This document shows, piece after piece, positions 47,349 to 55,722 of a DNA stretch of 64,000 nucleotides. The DNA is from an uncultured bacterium (lineage in GTDB: Bacteria; UBP15; UBA6099): contig CAYPEK010000004.1 in assembly GCA_964409645.1 (NCBI GenBank), positions 6,135 through 70,134 of the forward strand, given 5' to 3'. Made by a program: the position numbers and the translations under genes. The stretch's first letter is position 1. Each line of letters starts with the position of its first letter. The notes under the pieces were generated by a model. It ran no database searches, was not told the origin of the DNA, and worked only from the letters and a program-made list of their open reading frames with translations.

Positions 47349-49682
47349 CTACTCAGCGGCCAAGCGGTTGAGCCTCAGCGTCATTGTCTCCGCGCCGCCG
47401 CCCGTTTGCGGCAACGCCTGTATCTCTTCCGTTTCAAGTTTATACGACACTCCGCCGTCAGGCGATTCTTTTTTCGAAAACTTTTTTTCCGCCATAATCC
47501 TGTCGAGCACGGCCGGCGCTTCAGCCGCCGCTTTCGTATCCGCGAACCGTACCGTCAGGCAAGTCGCCGCGCCGCACACGTAAATCAGTCCGCGCGATCC
47601 GCTTTTGAACCCGGCCCAATCCGCTTCGCCGAACGGATAGAAGTTGCGCGCCGTCAACGGGCCGGACACCAGCATCACCTTCTCGCGGTCAGCGCCCGCC
47701 GGTAAAACGGACAGTATCTCCGGACTGCCGCCTTCCCTCCCCGCCAGCTTCGAAATCCTGCGTGCGAAATCCTTCAGCACCGGCTTGTCCTCCGACTCGC
47801 CGCTGTATGTCAATTTTATGTAATACACCTTCTGCCACATCACGAGCTGCCCCTGCGAAGCCGTGCATCCGTCGCCGTAAGCGCACCGCTCGCCCTCCGG
47901 GTCGCGCTCGTACGAGAATATCCCGAACGCCGACTCGGGCGACGCCATCTCGAACACGTCCAGCGTGACCGACTCGTCGCCTTTCTCATAGTCGCGCGTC
48001 GCCGCCTGCGCGAATCCGTACTCGTAATAAATCTCCGCGCCGCCGTCGATGAACTCGAACAGCTTGTCCTGCGCGAACGTCATCGCCGCGCCCGCCGCCT
48101 TCCAGTCGCCGATTCTGTCGGGCAACAATCCTTTGAAGCCGTTCGTCGGGCCGGACGGAGTCTTTTTCGTCTGCGGCATCACTCCATCCACACGTATCGC
48201 CGCCGGGCCGGGCACCGGGCATTTCGATTCGCAAATCCCGCAGCCGATGCACTCACTTTTCACAACGTACGGCCGCTTGACCTGCACGTCGTTTCCGTTT
48301 TCGTCCTTCACCGTCTCCGTCTGCAAGCGGATCGCTTTCTCCGGCACAGGGCAATGCTCCTCGCAGACGATACAGTTCTCGGCGCGCGTCCACGGTATGC
48401 AGCGGTTGCGGTCCACCGTCGCGAGGCCGATCACAGTGAGATTCTTCGCCGCTTCATCGAGTTGCTTTATCGCACCCGATGGGCAGACGCTGCCGCAGAT
48501 CGTGCATCCGTAATCGCAATATCCGATTCGCGGAATCAGTTCGGGCGACCACAGCCCCTCGACGCCGTTGTCAAACCACGACGGTTGCAGTCCGTTCGTC
48601 GGGCACGCCCTCAGGCACAGCCCGCAGCGCACGCATGTCTGCATGAAGCGGTCCTCGTCGCCCGCGCCGGGCGGTCTGATGATGCCGCGCCGCCGCAGGC
48701 CGGTCGATATCCGCACGAACGGCACAGCCGCGAGGCCGAGAATCGCCGACGCGATGAACCCGCGCCTCGAAACGCTCACACCCATCTTCGCGGCGGCCGC
48801 GCTTCTCTTCACCGGACGGAAACTCACCGCGCTTTTCGGGCAGACACTCTTGCACGTGAAGCACTCTATGCACTCTCCGCGGTAGTCCTGCGTGCCGCCT
48901 TCGAGTATCGCTCCCATCCGGCAGTTGCGGACACACTTGTTGCAGTTGATGCACTTGTCGGTGTCCACGACCCGCTTGAAGACCGAGAACCGCGAAAAAA
49001 TCGCGAGTACCGCCCCGAGCGGGCACAAGTACCGACACCAGAAGCGCCGGTTTATATAGACGAGCAAGGCGATCCCGGCGAAGATGAGCGCCGTCGCCGC
49101 CAAGCCGTGAAATTGCTGTTGCTGAGGAGCAAATATAGTTGTTTTCAAGAAAGAATGCGCGCGCTCGGCAAGCGGGCCGACACCGCCGACCGGGTACAAA
49201 CCGCGAAAGATGAGATGCGCGACAAACTCGAACGACGGCAGTACGACCTGCGCGTAGAGCCGTGTCACGAACGAAAGCGGATCGAGCCAGCCAGCGAGGT
49301 TCGCCTCGAAGTAGGCGGCGACCAATGTGACGATCAGCAAACCGTATTTCAGGCTCTTCAGTCGAACCGGCCCGCGTGAATCGTCGCCCGGCCTCGGCCT
49401 CAGCGCCTTGTCGGTCGCGTCGAACGTGATGCCCATCGGGCATATCCAGCCGCAGAAGAAGCGGCCGAACACAAGAGTAAGCAGAAGCAAGACCCCTGAG
49501 ATTGCAAACGCGTGGATGAACCTGCCGGTATTAAGCCACGTCGCAACCGCCTGAAACGGACTGAGCTGCACGTAAGTATTCAGCAGCTCCGGCGGCAGCA
49601 GCAGCGGATAAACTGTCAGAGATAAAAGCGCGACGAAAAACAAAAGAGAAACTATCTGAATAATCCTTCTGAGTAAAATCAT
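47349..49682 (-). CDS. Membrane-anchored polyferredoxin (NapH/MauN-like N-terminal TM domain, six 4Fe-4S motifs, ~260-aa C-terminal domain of unknown function)
   Basis: FCGWICP and WCRYLCP motifs in the TM region. Cys clusters CINCNKCVRNC, CIECFTCKSVCP, CVRCGLCLRACP, CTICGSVCP, CIVCEEHCP and CIGCGICESKCP. Confidence 0.75.
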   Translation of the reverse strand: MILLRRIIQIVSLLFFVALLSLTVYPLLLPPELLNTYVQLSPFQAVATWLNTGRFIHAFAISGVLLLLTLVFGRFFCGWICPMGITFDATDKALRPRPGDDSRGPVRLKSLKYGLLIVTLVAAYFEANLAGWLDPLSFVTRLYAQVVLPSFEFVAHLIFRGLYPVGGVGPLAERAHSFLKTTIFAPQQQQFHGLAATALIFAGIALLVYINRRFWCRYLCPLGAVLAIFSRFSVFKRVVDTDKCINCNKCVRNCRMGAILEGGTQDYRGECIECFTCKSVCPKSAVSFRPVKRSAAAAKMGVSVSRRGFIASAILGLAAVPFVRISTGLRRRGIIRPPGAGDEDRFMQTCVRCGLCLRACPTNGLQPSWFDNGVEGLWSPELIPRIGYCDYGCTICGSVCPSGAIKQLDEAAKNLTVIGLATVDRNRCIPWTRAENCIVCEEHCPVPEKAIRLQTETVKDENGNDVQVKRPYVVKSECIGCGICESKCPVPGPAAIRVDGVMPQTKKTPSGPTNGFKGLLPDRIGDWKAAGAAMTFAQDKLFEFIDGGAEIYYEYGFAQAATRDYEKGDESVTLDVFEMASPESAFGIFSYERDPEGERCAYGDGCTASQGQLVMWQKVYYIKLTYSGESEDKPVLKDFARRISKLAGREGGSPEILSVLPAGADREKVMLVSGPLTARNFYPFGEADWAGFKSGSRGLIYVCGAATCLTVRFADTKAAAEAPAVLDRIMAEKKFSKKESPDGGVSYKLETEEIQALPQTGGGAETMTLRLNRLAAE

Positions 49683-49707
49683 CCGCCCGCCCTTTTCGCC
49701 TTATCGT

Positions 49708-49748
49708 ATCCGTGTTTATCTGTGTCCATCCGTGATTCCACGTTCTTG
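49708..49748. repeat. Third, expanded copy of the ATCYGTG phased-heptad element (ATCCGTG/ATCTGTG/ATCCGTG at exact 10-bp spacing, ending GTTCTTG)
   Basis: Deleting 17 bp (49725-49741) gives a 24/25 match to the 25-bp island repeat. It lies 25-65 bp upstream of the polyferredoxin start codon, on the opposite strand. Confidence 0.7.
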
Positions 49749-49759
49749 TTTCTATGTTT

Positions 49760-50713
49760 TCACACGTTGATTTCTTTCAGCGCCGCCGGCTCGATTTTTC
49801 CGAGCCCCATCCCGGCGGCAATCGTTATGTGTGCAATGTCATTCAGGTCGGCGCCGAACAGCTTCGCGGCGTACGCATCCGCCGAAACGATGTCGGTGGA
49901 CACCGCGACAGTTTTCGCCTCCCGGACATCAGCGGCGCTGCCGCCCTGCGGGCCGTGCGCTTTCAGAATGCGGAACGCGTCTATCACAACGAGGTCCGGC
50001 TTGATCGCAAGCTGCACGTCCGCGATGCGCTGATCGAGCTGGCCGACATGCCATGCGCCCCTGTCGCCGCCCGCTATCCCCATCAGATTCTTCATTCCCG
50101 CCGTTATACCCGTCGCACTGTGATGTTTCAAAATCGGCACGTTTATAAACACGTCGCACTCCAGCGCGTCTTTGTACAGCATCCACTCCTTCAGCGCCTT
50201 CGCTCCGGGGACGTCCACGTTGATATATCGGGCCTCGTCCATGAACGATACCTTCGCGCCCGCCTTCTCCGCCGCGGCGGCAATTCCGCTCCGCTTGTAC
50301 GTGCGCCGCTCGGGGTTGCACGGCCGGTCGAAAACGCGAACCTCCTTCGCGCCCGCCTCGATCGCCATCGCCACCAGCGCGGCCACAACCGCCGGGTTCG
50401 TGTTCGCCGCCTGTTCCGGCGTGCGGTCCCAGCCGATATTCGGTTTCACCACGACGATGTCGCCTTTTTTGACGAGCTTCTTCATACCACCCGCCGCGTC
50501 AACCGCCGCACGCGTCAGCTTCGCCGGATCGTCCGACCCGCGCGCGACGAACACGCCCTTCTTCAATCCGTTCGCCCGTTTCTCCCTTGGTCCGCTCTTC
50601 AGCGTCCGCGAAAAACCGCGCTTGCAGCCGGCGGTCAGCCCCAGTCCGTAAAAAGCAAGCCCCGCAGCGGCAGCGCGTCCGAAAAATTCCCGTCTTGTTA
50701 TCCTATCATTCAT
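49760..50713 (-). CDS. Tat-signal DUF362-family protein
   Basis: Twin-arginine motif TRREFFGRAAAAGLAF. DUF362-like core KKGDIVVVKPNIGWD...PILKHHSATGITAGMKNLMG. Confidence 0.65.
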   Translation of the reverse strand: MNDRITRREFFGRAAAAGLAFYGLGLTAGCKRGFSRTLKSGPREKRANGLKKGVFVARGSDDPAKLTRAAVDAAGGMKKLVKKGDIVVVKPNIGWDRTPEQAANTNPAVVAALVAMAIEAGAKEVRVFDRPCNPERRTYKRSGIAAAAEKAGAKVSFMDEARYINVDVPGAKALKEWMLYKDALECDVFINVPILKHHSATGITAGMKNLMGIAGGDRGAWHVGQLDQRIADVQLAIKPDLVVIDAFRILKAHGPQGGSAADVREAKTVAVSTDIVSADAYAAKLFGADLNDIAHITIAAGMGLGKIEPAALKEINV

Positions 50714-50805
50714 AGCAGTAACCTCTATTCAGACTTTTAACAATTATAATAATAAATACCGTCCAACACTCAAAGGTTCATTTTTTATCCTTATGCTTTT
50801 GAAAG

Positions 50806-52251
50806 TTAAGCCCATTCCGCGCGAATACCGATGCGGCGCGCGGCGGCCGCGAGGTCTTCGGCGCTCAGCCGCGACTCGACCGGATCGGCGTTCATCTCGC
50901 TGAACGAGCGCACACGGCGTCCGAAATCCGTTATGTAGCTCATATCGCAGGGAAAACGATCGGGGTCGATGCCGAACAAAACAGGTTTCGCGCCTCGCGT
51001 CATCAGCTCCGTCCATTTGCCGAGCGGCACCATGTCGAACGGGTCGGCGAGCGACGGGTGCAGAGTGAGCAGGCACCGGATATCCTTCGGCAGCTTCGCA
51101 AGCATGCGGGCGGCGAAATCGAACGACCGGTCGCAGTAGTACGGCAGCCAGAGAGGCAGCCAGCGCGAGCGGAGGTTAGCCCACGGATCGAGCTGGTTGA
51201 AACAGTCCGCGAACACATACGACGGCTCGACGCCGTCCCGCCGCGACGCATCAATATGCAACTCCAGCGCGAGCTCGCTGAACTTCTCCGGATGATCCGC
51301 TGTTAGCGTCAGTAGTGGTATTCCCTTCCGGGCCGCGTACTCCCGCACCGCTTCCGAAAACTCAGGCATCGCGCCCCATTCCGACTCCGGCATTTTTTCG
51401 AGCGGATAGCGCGCACCCTTCAAACGCCAGCCGCCCGTGCGCGTTCGCGCGCCTCCCTGCCGCAGCCTGTACTCCCGCAGCCGTTCGCTGCCTTCGAGAT
51501 ACTCCTCGTCCGGAATTCCGCCGAGGCCGCCGATCTGGAACGACACGCGCGGCCGCACCCTGTATTGCAGCCACGAATATTCGCAGTTGATGAGCACGAT
51601 CACGCCGTCGTGCGACAGGTTCCGCGCGACGAACGATTCGTACGCGCGCGGCATCGAGATCAGCTTCGCGCGCACGTGGTTGATGAATAGCAACACCGGC
51701 CTGTCGTGCACGGGATCGTAGTGCACCACCGCGTGGACGCCGGGGTTGTTGCGGGCGATCTCGGAAGCGAGCCGCCGCGCGCGCATCGCCGTCGTGTAAA
51801 CATCGTCCACGTTACGCAGATCGTTGAAGCAGATCAGGAAATGTGTCGTGAGGAAAGGCGCGTCGAGAACGGAGCCGATGTGGCTCACGCCGCCGCTCGG
51901 CGCGCCCAATATTATCGTTTTGTATTCCCTCTGCGGAAAAAGCGACGCGGCCCACGCGGCCATGTCATCCGCATCGACGGCGCCCGCGGACGCCTGCGGC
52001 GTTCCGATGCGGCCCTCCGCGAACCGGATGGCGGCCCGCGCCGCGCCGTGCGGAACCCAAGAAAGAAAGCGCGACACGCTCCGCTCGAAAAAGCCGAGCC
52101 GGAACATGTCGAAATGCTCGCCGCGCAAAGCGGACGCCAGCGCCCTCATCTGCGCCGCTGAGGAATCCGACTTCTCGACGTAGAACGGCATATAAACAGC
52201 ATGGGTCAGGCCATGAATTGGGAATTGAGTTGGTTCATTTCGCAGTCTCAC
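50806..52251 (-). CDS. Hypothetical protein (481 aa)
   Basis: The long ORF has codon composition like its neighbours. No family was recognised. The start is either GTG 52251 or ATG 52192 (MPFYVEK). Confidence 0.5.
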   Translation of the reverse strand: MRLRNEPTQFPIHGLTHAVYMPFYVEKSDSSAAQMRALASALRGEHFDMFRLGFFERSVSRFLSWVPHGAARAAIRFAEGRIGTPQASAGAVDADDMAAWAASLFPQREYKTIILGAPSGGVSHIGSVLDAPFLTTHFLICFNDLRNVDDVYTTAMRARRLASEIARNNPGVHAVVHYDPVHDRPVLLFINHVRAKLISMPRAYESFVARNLSHDGVIVLINCEYSWLQYRVRPRVSFQIGGLGGIPDEEYLEGSERLREYRLRQGGARTRTGGWRLKGARYPLEKMPESEWGAMPEFSEAVREYAARKGIPLLTLTADHPEKFSELALELHIDASRRDGVEPSYVFADCFNQLDPWANLRSRWLPLWLPYYCDRSFDFAARMLAKLPKDIRCLLTLHPSLADPFDMVPLGKWTELMTRGAKPVLFGIDPDRFPCDMSYITDFGRRVRSFSEMNADPVESRLSAEDLAAAARRIGIRAEWA

Positions 52252-52307
52252 GCCGAAAACAACACACGTGCTCGGATCAAATCCCGCTCAATTCCCAATT
52301 CACGGCC
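52209..52307. repeat. 21-bp inverted repeat pair (GGCCATGAATTGGGAATTGAG ... CTCAATTCCCAATTCACGGCC, 20/21) separated by 57 bp
   Basis: It spans the start region of the 50806-52251 gene. This is either a long stem-loop in the leader or a MITE-like element of about 99 bp. Confidence 0.6.
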
Positions 52308-52336
52308 CGACCCCTTCCTCCATTAGAATGTCCTCT

Positions 52337-53074
52337 TTATAAATATTTCCTAAGCAGAAAATAGGCGGCGATGCCCGCCGCGTGAACCGCGAGCGGGAGT
52401 CTCAGCGACTCACGCTTCCGCTGCAGCGAGTGGAAAAGCATCATCGAGAAAAACTGCACCGCGATGAACGACAGCCAGTCGCGTCCCGATCCGCAGAGAT
52501 ACGAAATGGCGAATCCCGATGCCGCGCCGAGAGGCGGCTCCGTTATTATCATCGGCCACCTCGGAACCTGCGTCGCCCAGAAACCGAGCACCGCCACGAC
52601 AATCATTCCGATCGACGCCATTTCCTTCCAGTGCGCGTGCCACCAGACCGCGCTCGGAATCGCCTTTATGAAAGGCGGGATCATCAGGTAGCCGGCCGAC
52701 ACGAGCGACCCGATGCTGACCACCAGCACCGCCGCCGCCGCCGTATCTTTCGCAATTTTCGCCTTCTCGTGGTACGTCGGCATCACGATGTCCGTGAATG
52801 CCTCGATGCACGTGTTAAGCACTTCCATCGAAAACACGAACGTGATGACTATGAAAAGATACGCCTTCTCGAAACCCGTGAGGCGCAAGATAATCGCCAA
52901 GCACATTACCCAGATCGCCATGCAGAAATGGAAGCGCATGTTGCGCTGGGTGAGCAGTACATAAGAAAGTCCGGCGAAAGCGTAGCGGAAGCTCGCGATC
53001 ACCTTCAGAAGCATCTTGGTCGGGTGGCGGCTTTCCTCCGGCCCGTTTCCGTTTATCTGATTGCGCATACGCAA
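52337..53074 (-). CDS. dgkA: Diacylglycerol kinase (DgkA/UDPK-like) with an extra ~110-aa C-terminal multi-TM domain
   Basis: The DgkA core is SMEVLNTCIEAFTDIV...AKIAKDTAAAAVLV. It lies immediately downstream of ybeY, as in Firmicute phoH-pgpH-ybeY-dgkA clusters. Confidence 0.65.
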   Translation of the reverse strand: MRMRNQINGNGPEESRHPTKMLLKVIASFRYAFAGLSYVLLTQRNMRFHFCMAIWVMCLAIILRLTGFEKAYLFIVITFVFSMEVLNTCIEAFTDIVMPTYHEKAKIAKDTAAAAVLVVSIGSLVSAGYLMIPPFIKAIPSAVWWHAHWKEMASIGMIVVAVLGFWATQVPRWPMIITEPPLGAASGFAISYLCGSGRDWLSFIAVQFFSMMLFHSLQRKRESLRLPLAVHAAGIAAYFLLRKYL

Positions 53075-53515
53075 TTACTCCGCCGCGAGCTTTTTAAGGA
53101 TTCCGAGCCGTTTCCGCTCCATCTTCTTGGCGTCGGCGGGCGTCTCGTGGTCGTACCCCATAAGGTGCAGGATGCTGTGGAGGATGAGCTCGCGGAATTT
53201 TGCGTCCGCCGAAACGCTCTCCTCGCGCGCGTCCGACAGCGCCTGATTCGGCGCGATCACTATGTCGCCCATCAGCAACTCGCCGCCGCAATCCTCCCCT
53301 GTTTCGTCCATCGGGAAGCTGAGCACGTCCGTCGGCCGCGGCTTACCACGCCACTTCTCGTTCAGCGTCTGGATCGCGCGGTCTCCGATGAACGTGATCG
53401 AGAGTTCCGCGCCGCGCCAAGCGCGGTCCGTTTCGAGGACGCGCGCGGCGTACTTCCGCAGCGGTTCCATTCTTATTTTTTTGCGTGTTCGATTGGTTAT
53501 ATTAACTGTTGCCAT
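53075..53515 (-). CDS. ybeY: Endoribonuclease YbeY
   Basis: Metal-binding H-box HSILHLMGYDH. 146 aa. Confidence 0.9.
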   Translation of the reverse strand: MATVNITNRTRKKIRMEPLRKYAARVLETDRAWRGAELSITFIGDRAIQTLNEKWRGKPRPTDVLSFPMDETGEDCGGELLMGDIVIAPNQALSDAREESVSADAKFRELILHSILHLMGYDHETPADAKKMERKRLGILKKLAAE

Positions 53516-53552
53516 CTGTATCCACCCGGTCGCGCCCGTCGAGGCTCGCGTT

Positions 53553-55721
53553 TCATTTATCGCCGTTGCGCCGCGCGGGCTGCTCGCGATGGAGTTGCTT
53601 GAGCTCTTCGAGATCAGGGTACTCGATCCGCGAGTGGTACACGCGCGCGAGCGTCTTGGTGATCGCTATTTTTATCTCGCCGAGCTGCTTCAGCGTCACG
53701 TTGCAGCCGTCGAACTGCCCGTCGCGGAGCCGCGCCTCGAACAGGTTGTTCACCGTGCTCTCGATCGATCTGGGCGTAGGCGTCTTCTGCGAGCGCACGG
53801 CCGCTTCGCACGAATCCGCGAGCATCAGGATTGCCGACTCGATCCGCATCGGCCTCGGTCCCGGATAGCGGAACCGCTCCTCCGTCACCGCCGAGCCCTC
53901 CTTCGCCTCCGATTGCGCCTGCTGGTAGAAGAACGATATCAGACATGTGCCGTGATGCTGCGAGATAATCTCGACGATATCGTCCGGCAGGCCGCTATCC
54001 TGCGCCATCTCGACTCCGTCTTTAACGTGCGACGAGATGACCAGCGCGGCGAGAGTCGGCGCCATATCGACGTGCCTGTCCTCCTCGACGATCTGGTTCT
54101 CAGTGAAGAAGTACGGGCGTTTGAGCTTGCCGACGTCATGGTAATAGCACGCGATTCGGACAAGCAGCGCGTCCGCGCCGACCGCCTCGGCCGCCGATTC
54201 GGCAATGTTGCCGACCAGCAACGAATGGTGATACGTGCCGGGCGCTTCGATAAGCAACCGTTTCAGCAGCGGCTCCTCCGGGTTCGACAGTTCGAGCAGT
54301 CTGCGCGGCGTGGTCACGCTGAACAGCCGCTCGAACACCGGCAGCAGCCCGGTCGCGAGCACGAACGACAGCAGCCCGTTCATGCCACCGAATACGAATA
54401 TGTCCAAGAAAGCGGCCTTGTAGAAAGCCGTGTTGGAACCTTTGAACTTCATCAGCGTCATCACGAGGATCACGAGCGCGGACGCCGCGGCGATCGACAC
54501 GCCCGCCTTGAGCAGACTGTCGCGGTCCTGCGTGCGGACCGAGTGGTAGTACGCCGCGAGAAAGCAGAACAGCGCCACGATGAAATGCCCGGTGTCGAGC
54601 CCGAGCACGAGCGAAACCGTCAGCAGAAGAACCGGCACGGCGAACATCGCCACCGACGCGTTCAGCAGCAGACATGTAAGGATCGTCATCATCCCAGCCG
54701 ACACGCCGATCAGGTATTTCTGATCGAGCATCCGGTCCACAAGCACGCCCCACAGCACCGATATCAGCACGATGATGAAGAATATGAGCAGCCTTTTTTC
54801 GTCGCGGTAAATGTTTGTTACGAACGTCTTGAGGAAAATGCCGACGATCAGAAATGACATTCCGATCAGCAACACATAACCCGCGAGCCCCGGCCACGAA
54901 AGACCGGCTTTCGTAAGTCCGATCTCGCGCATGATGTCGATGTGGCGCTGAGTGGCTTTCTCGCCCTTGCGGATCACCATCTCGTTTTCCTGAATGCGGG
55001 TCATCACCGGGCGCACCGAGTCCATGGCCTCTTTCCGCCGGAAATCCGTCGCTTCCTTATCCAGTTCGAGTTCGCCCGCGGACTTTTTGATAATCTCAGT
55101 AACAACCGGAACCAGCCCGGAATCGATGCCCTCGTCCTTCGCGTAACCGGCCAGTATGTCGTCGAGCTCGCGCTTCTCGGTTTCGGTTATCATCCCGTCG
55201 CCGGTCAGCCCCTCGACGATTCTGCTCGTGCGGAGCCTGAGCTTCGAGGGCTCGTCGATTCTCAGATTGAGAAGCGTTCGTATCGAGTACGACGAAAGAC
55301 CTGCCGCCGCGAGCTTCTCCTCCGCCCGGTCGCGCTCCTTCGCGTCGCGCCCCGAGCCGAGATATTCGAGAGTCGTCGAAAAAATCCCGTCCACTTTCTT
55401 CTGGAAATCGTCGGGCAGCTTGTACACTGATCCGACCCGCGACGCAGCCCGTTCACGCGCTGCAGCCGTCGCCGCGCGGTCAACAAAGCTCACCGTCGCG
55501 GGCGAGGCCACGTCCTCCCTCGAAATATCGCCGGGTTTGAGAACCACGCCGCCGAAAAACCGCGACATCAGCGCCGCGCAGACGACGACATACAGCACCA
55601 GCGTCGTTATAATGCGCGGGTTCCGCGCGCGCCTCAGCATCCGCAGCACGAAAAACACCCGGTCGTCCATCCGTTTCTCGGCCAGCTTCGGCAGCTTGAC
55701 TTTTTGTTTGCTGTCGGGCAA
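53553..55721 (-). CDS. pgpH: 7TM receptor with intracellular HD hydrolase (PgpH-type c-di-AMP phosphodiesterase)
   Basis: N-terminal extracellular domain, seven TM helices, and HD domain HHSLLVGNIAESAAEAVGADALLVRIACYYHDVGK. Confidence 0.8.
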   Translation of the reverse strand: MPDSKQKVKLPKLAEKRMDDRVFFVLRMLRRARNPRIITTLVLYVVVCAALMSRFFGGVVLKPGDISREDVASPATVSFVDRAATAAARERAASRVGSVYKLPDDFQKKVDGIFSTTLEYLGSGRDAKERDRAEEKLAAAGLSSYSIRTLLNLRIDEPSKLRLRTSRIVEGLTGDGMITETEKRELDDILAGYAKDEGIDSGLVPVVTEIIKKSAGELELDKEATDFRRKEAMDSVRPVMTRIQENEMVIRKGEKATQRHIDIMREIGLTKAGLSWPGLAGYVLLIGMSFLIVGIFLKTFVTNIYRDEKRLLIFFIIVLISVLWGVLVDRMLDQKYLIGVSAGMMTILTCLLLNASVAMFAVPVLLLTVSLVLGLDTGHFIVALFCFLAAYYHSVRTQDRDSLLKAGVSIAAASALVILVMTLMKFKGSNTAFYKAAFLDIFVFGGMNGLLSFVLATGLLPVFERLFSVTTPRRLLELSNPEEPLLKRLLIEAPGTYHHSLLVGNIAESAAEAVGADALLVRIACYYHDVGKLKRPYFFTENQIVEEDRHVDMAPTLAALVISSHVKDGVEMAQDSGLPDDIVEIISQHHGTCLISFFYQQAQSEAKEGSAVTEERFRYPGPRPMRIESAILMLADSCEAAVRSQKTPTPRSIESTVNNLFEARLRDGQFDGCNVTLKQLGEIKIAITKTLARVYHSRIEYPDLEELKQLHREQPARRNGDK

Positions 55722-55722
55722 T

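Noticed and set aside
50714-50805. Sigma54 -24/-12 promoter upstream of the DUF362 gene (TTGGACGgtatTTATT)
   Set aside because: It has a GG but no GC at the -12 position and the spacing is off. It is not a credible match to TGGCAC-N5-TTGC.
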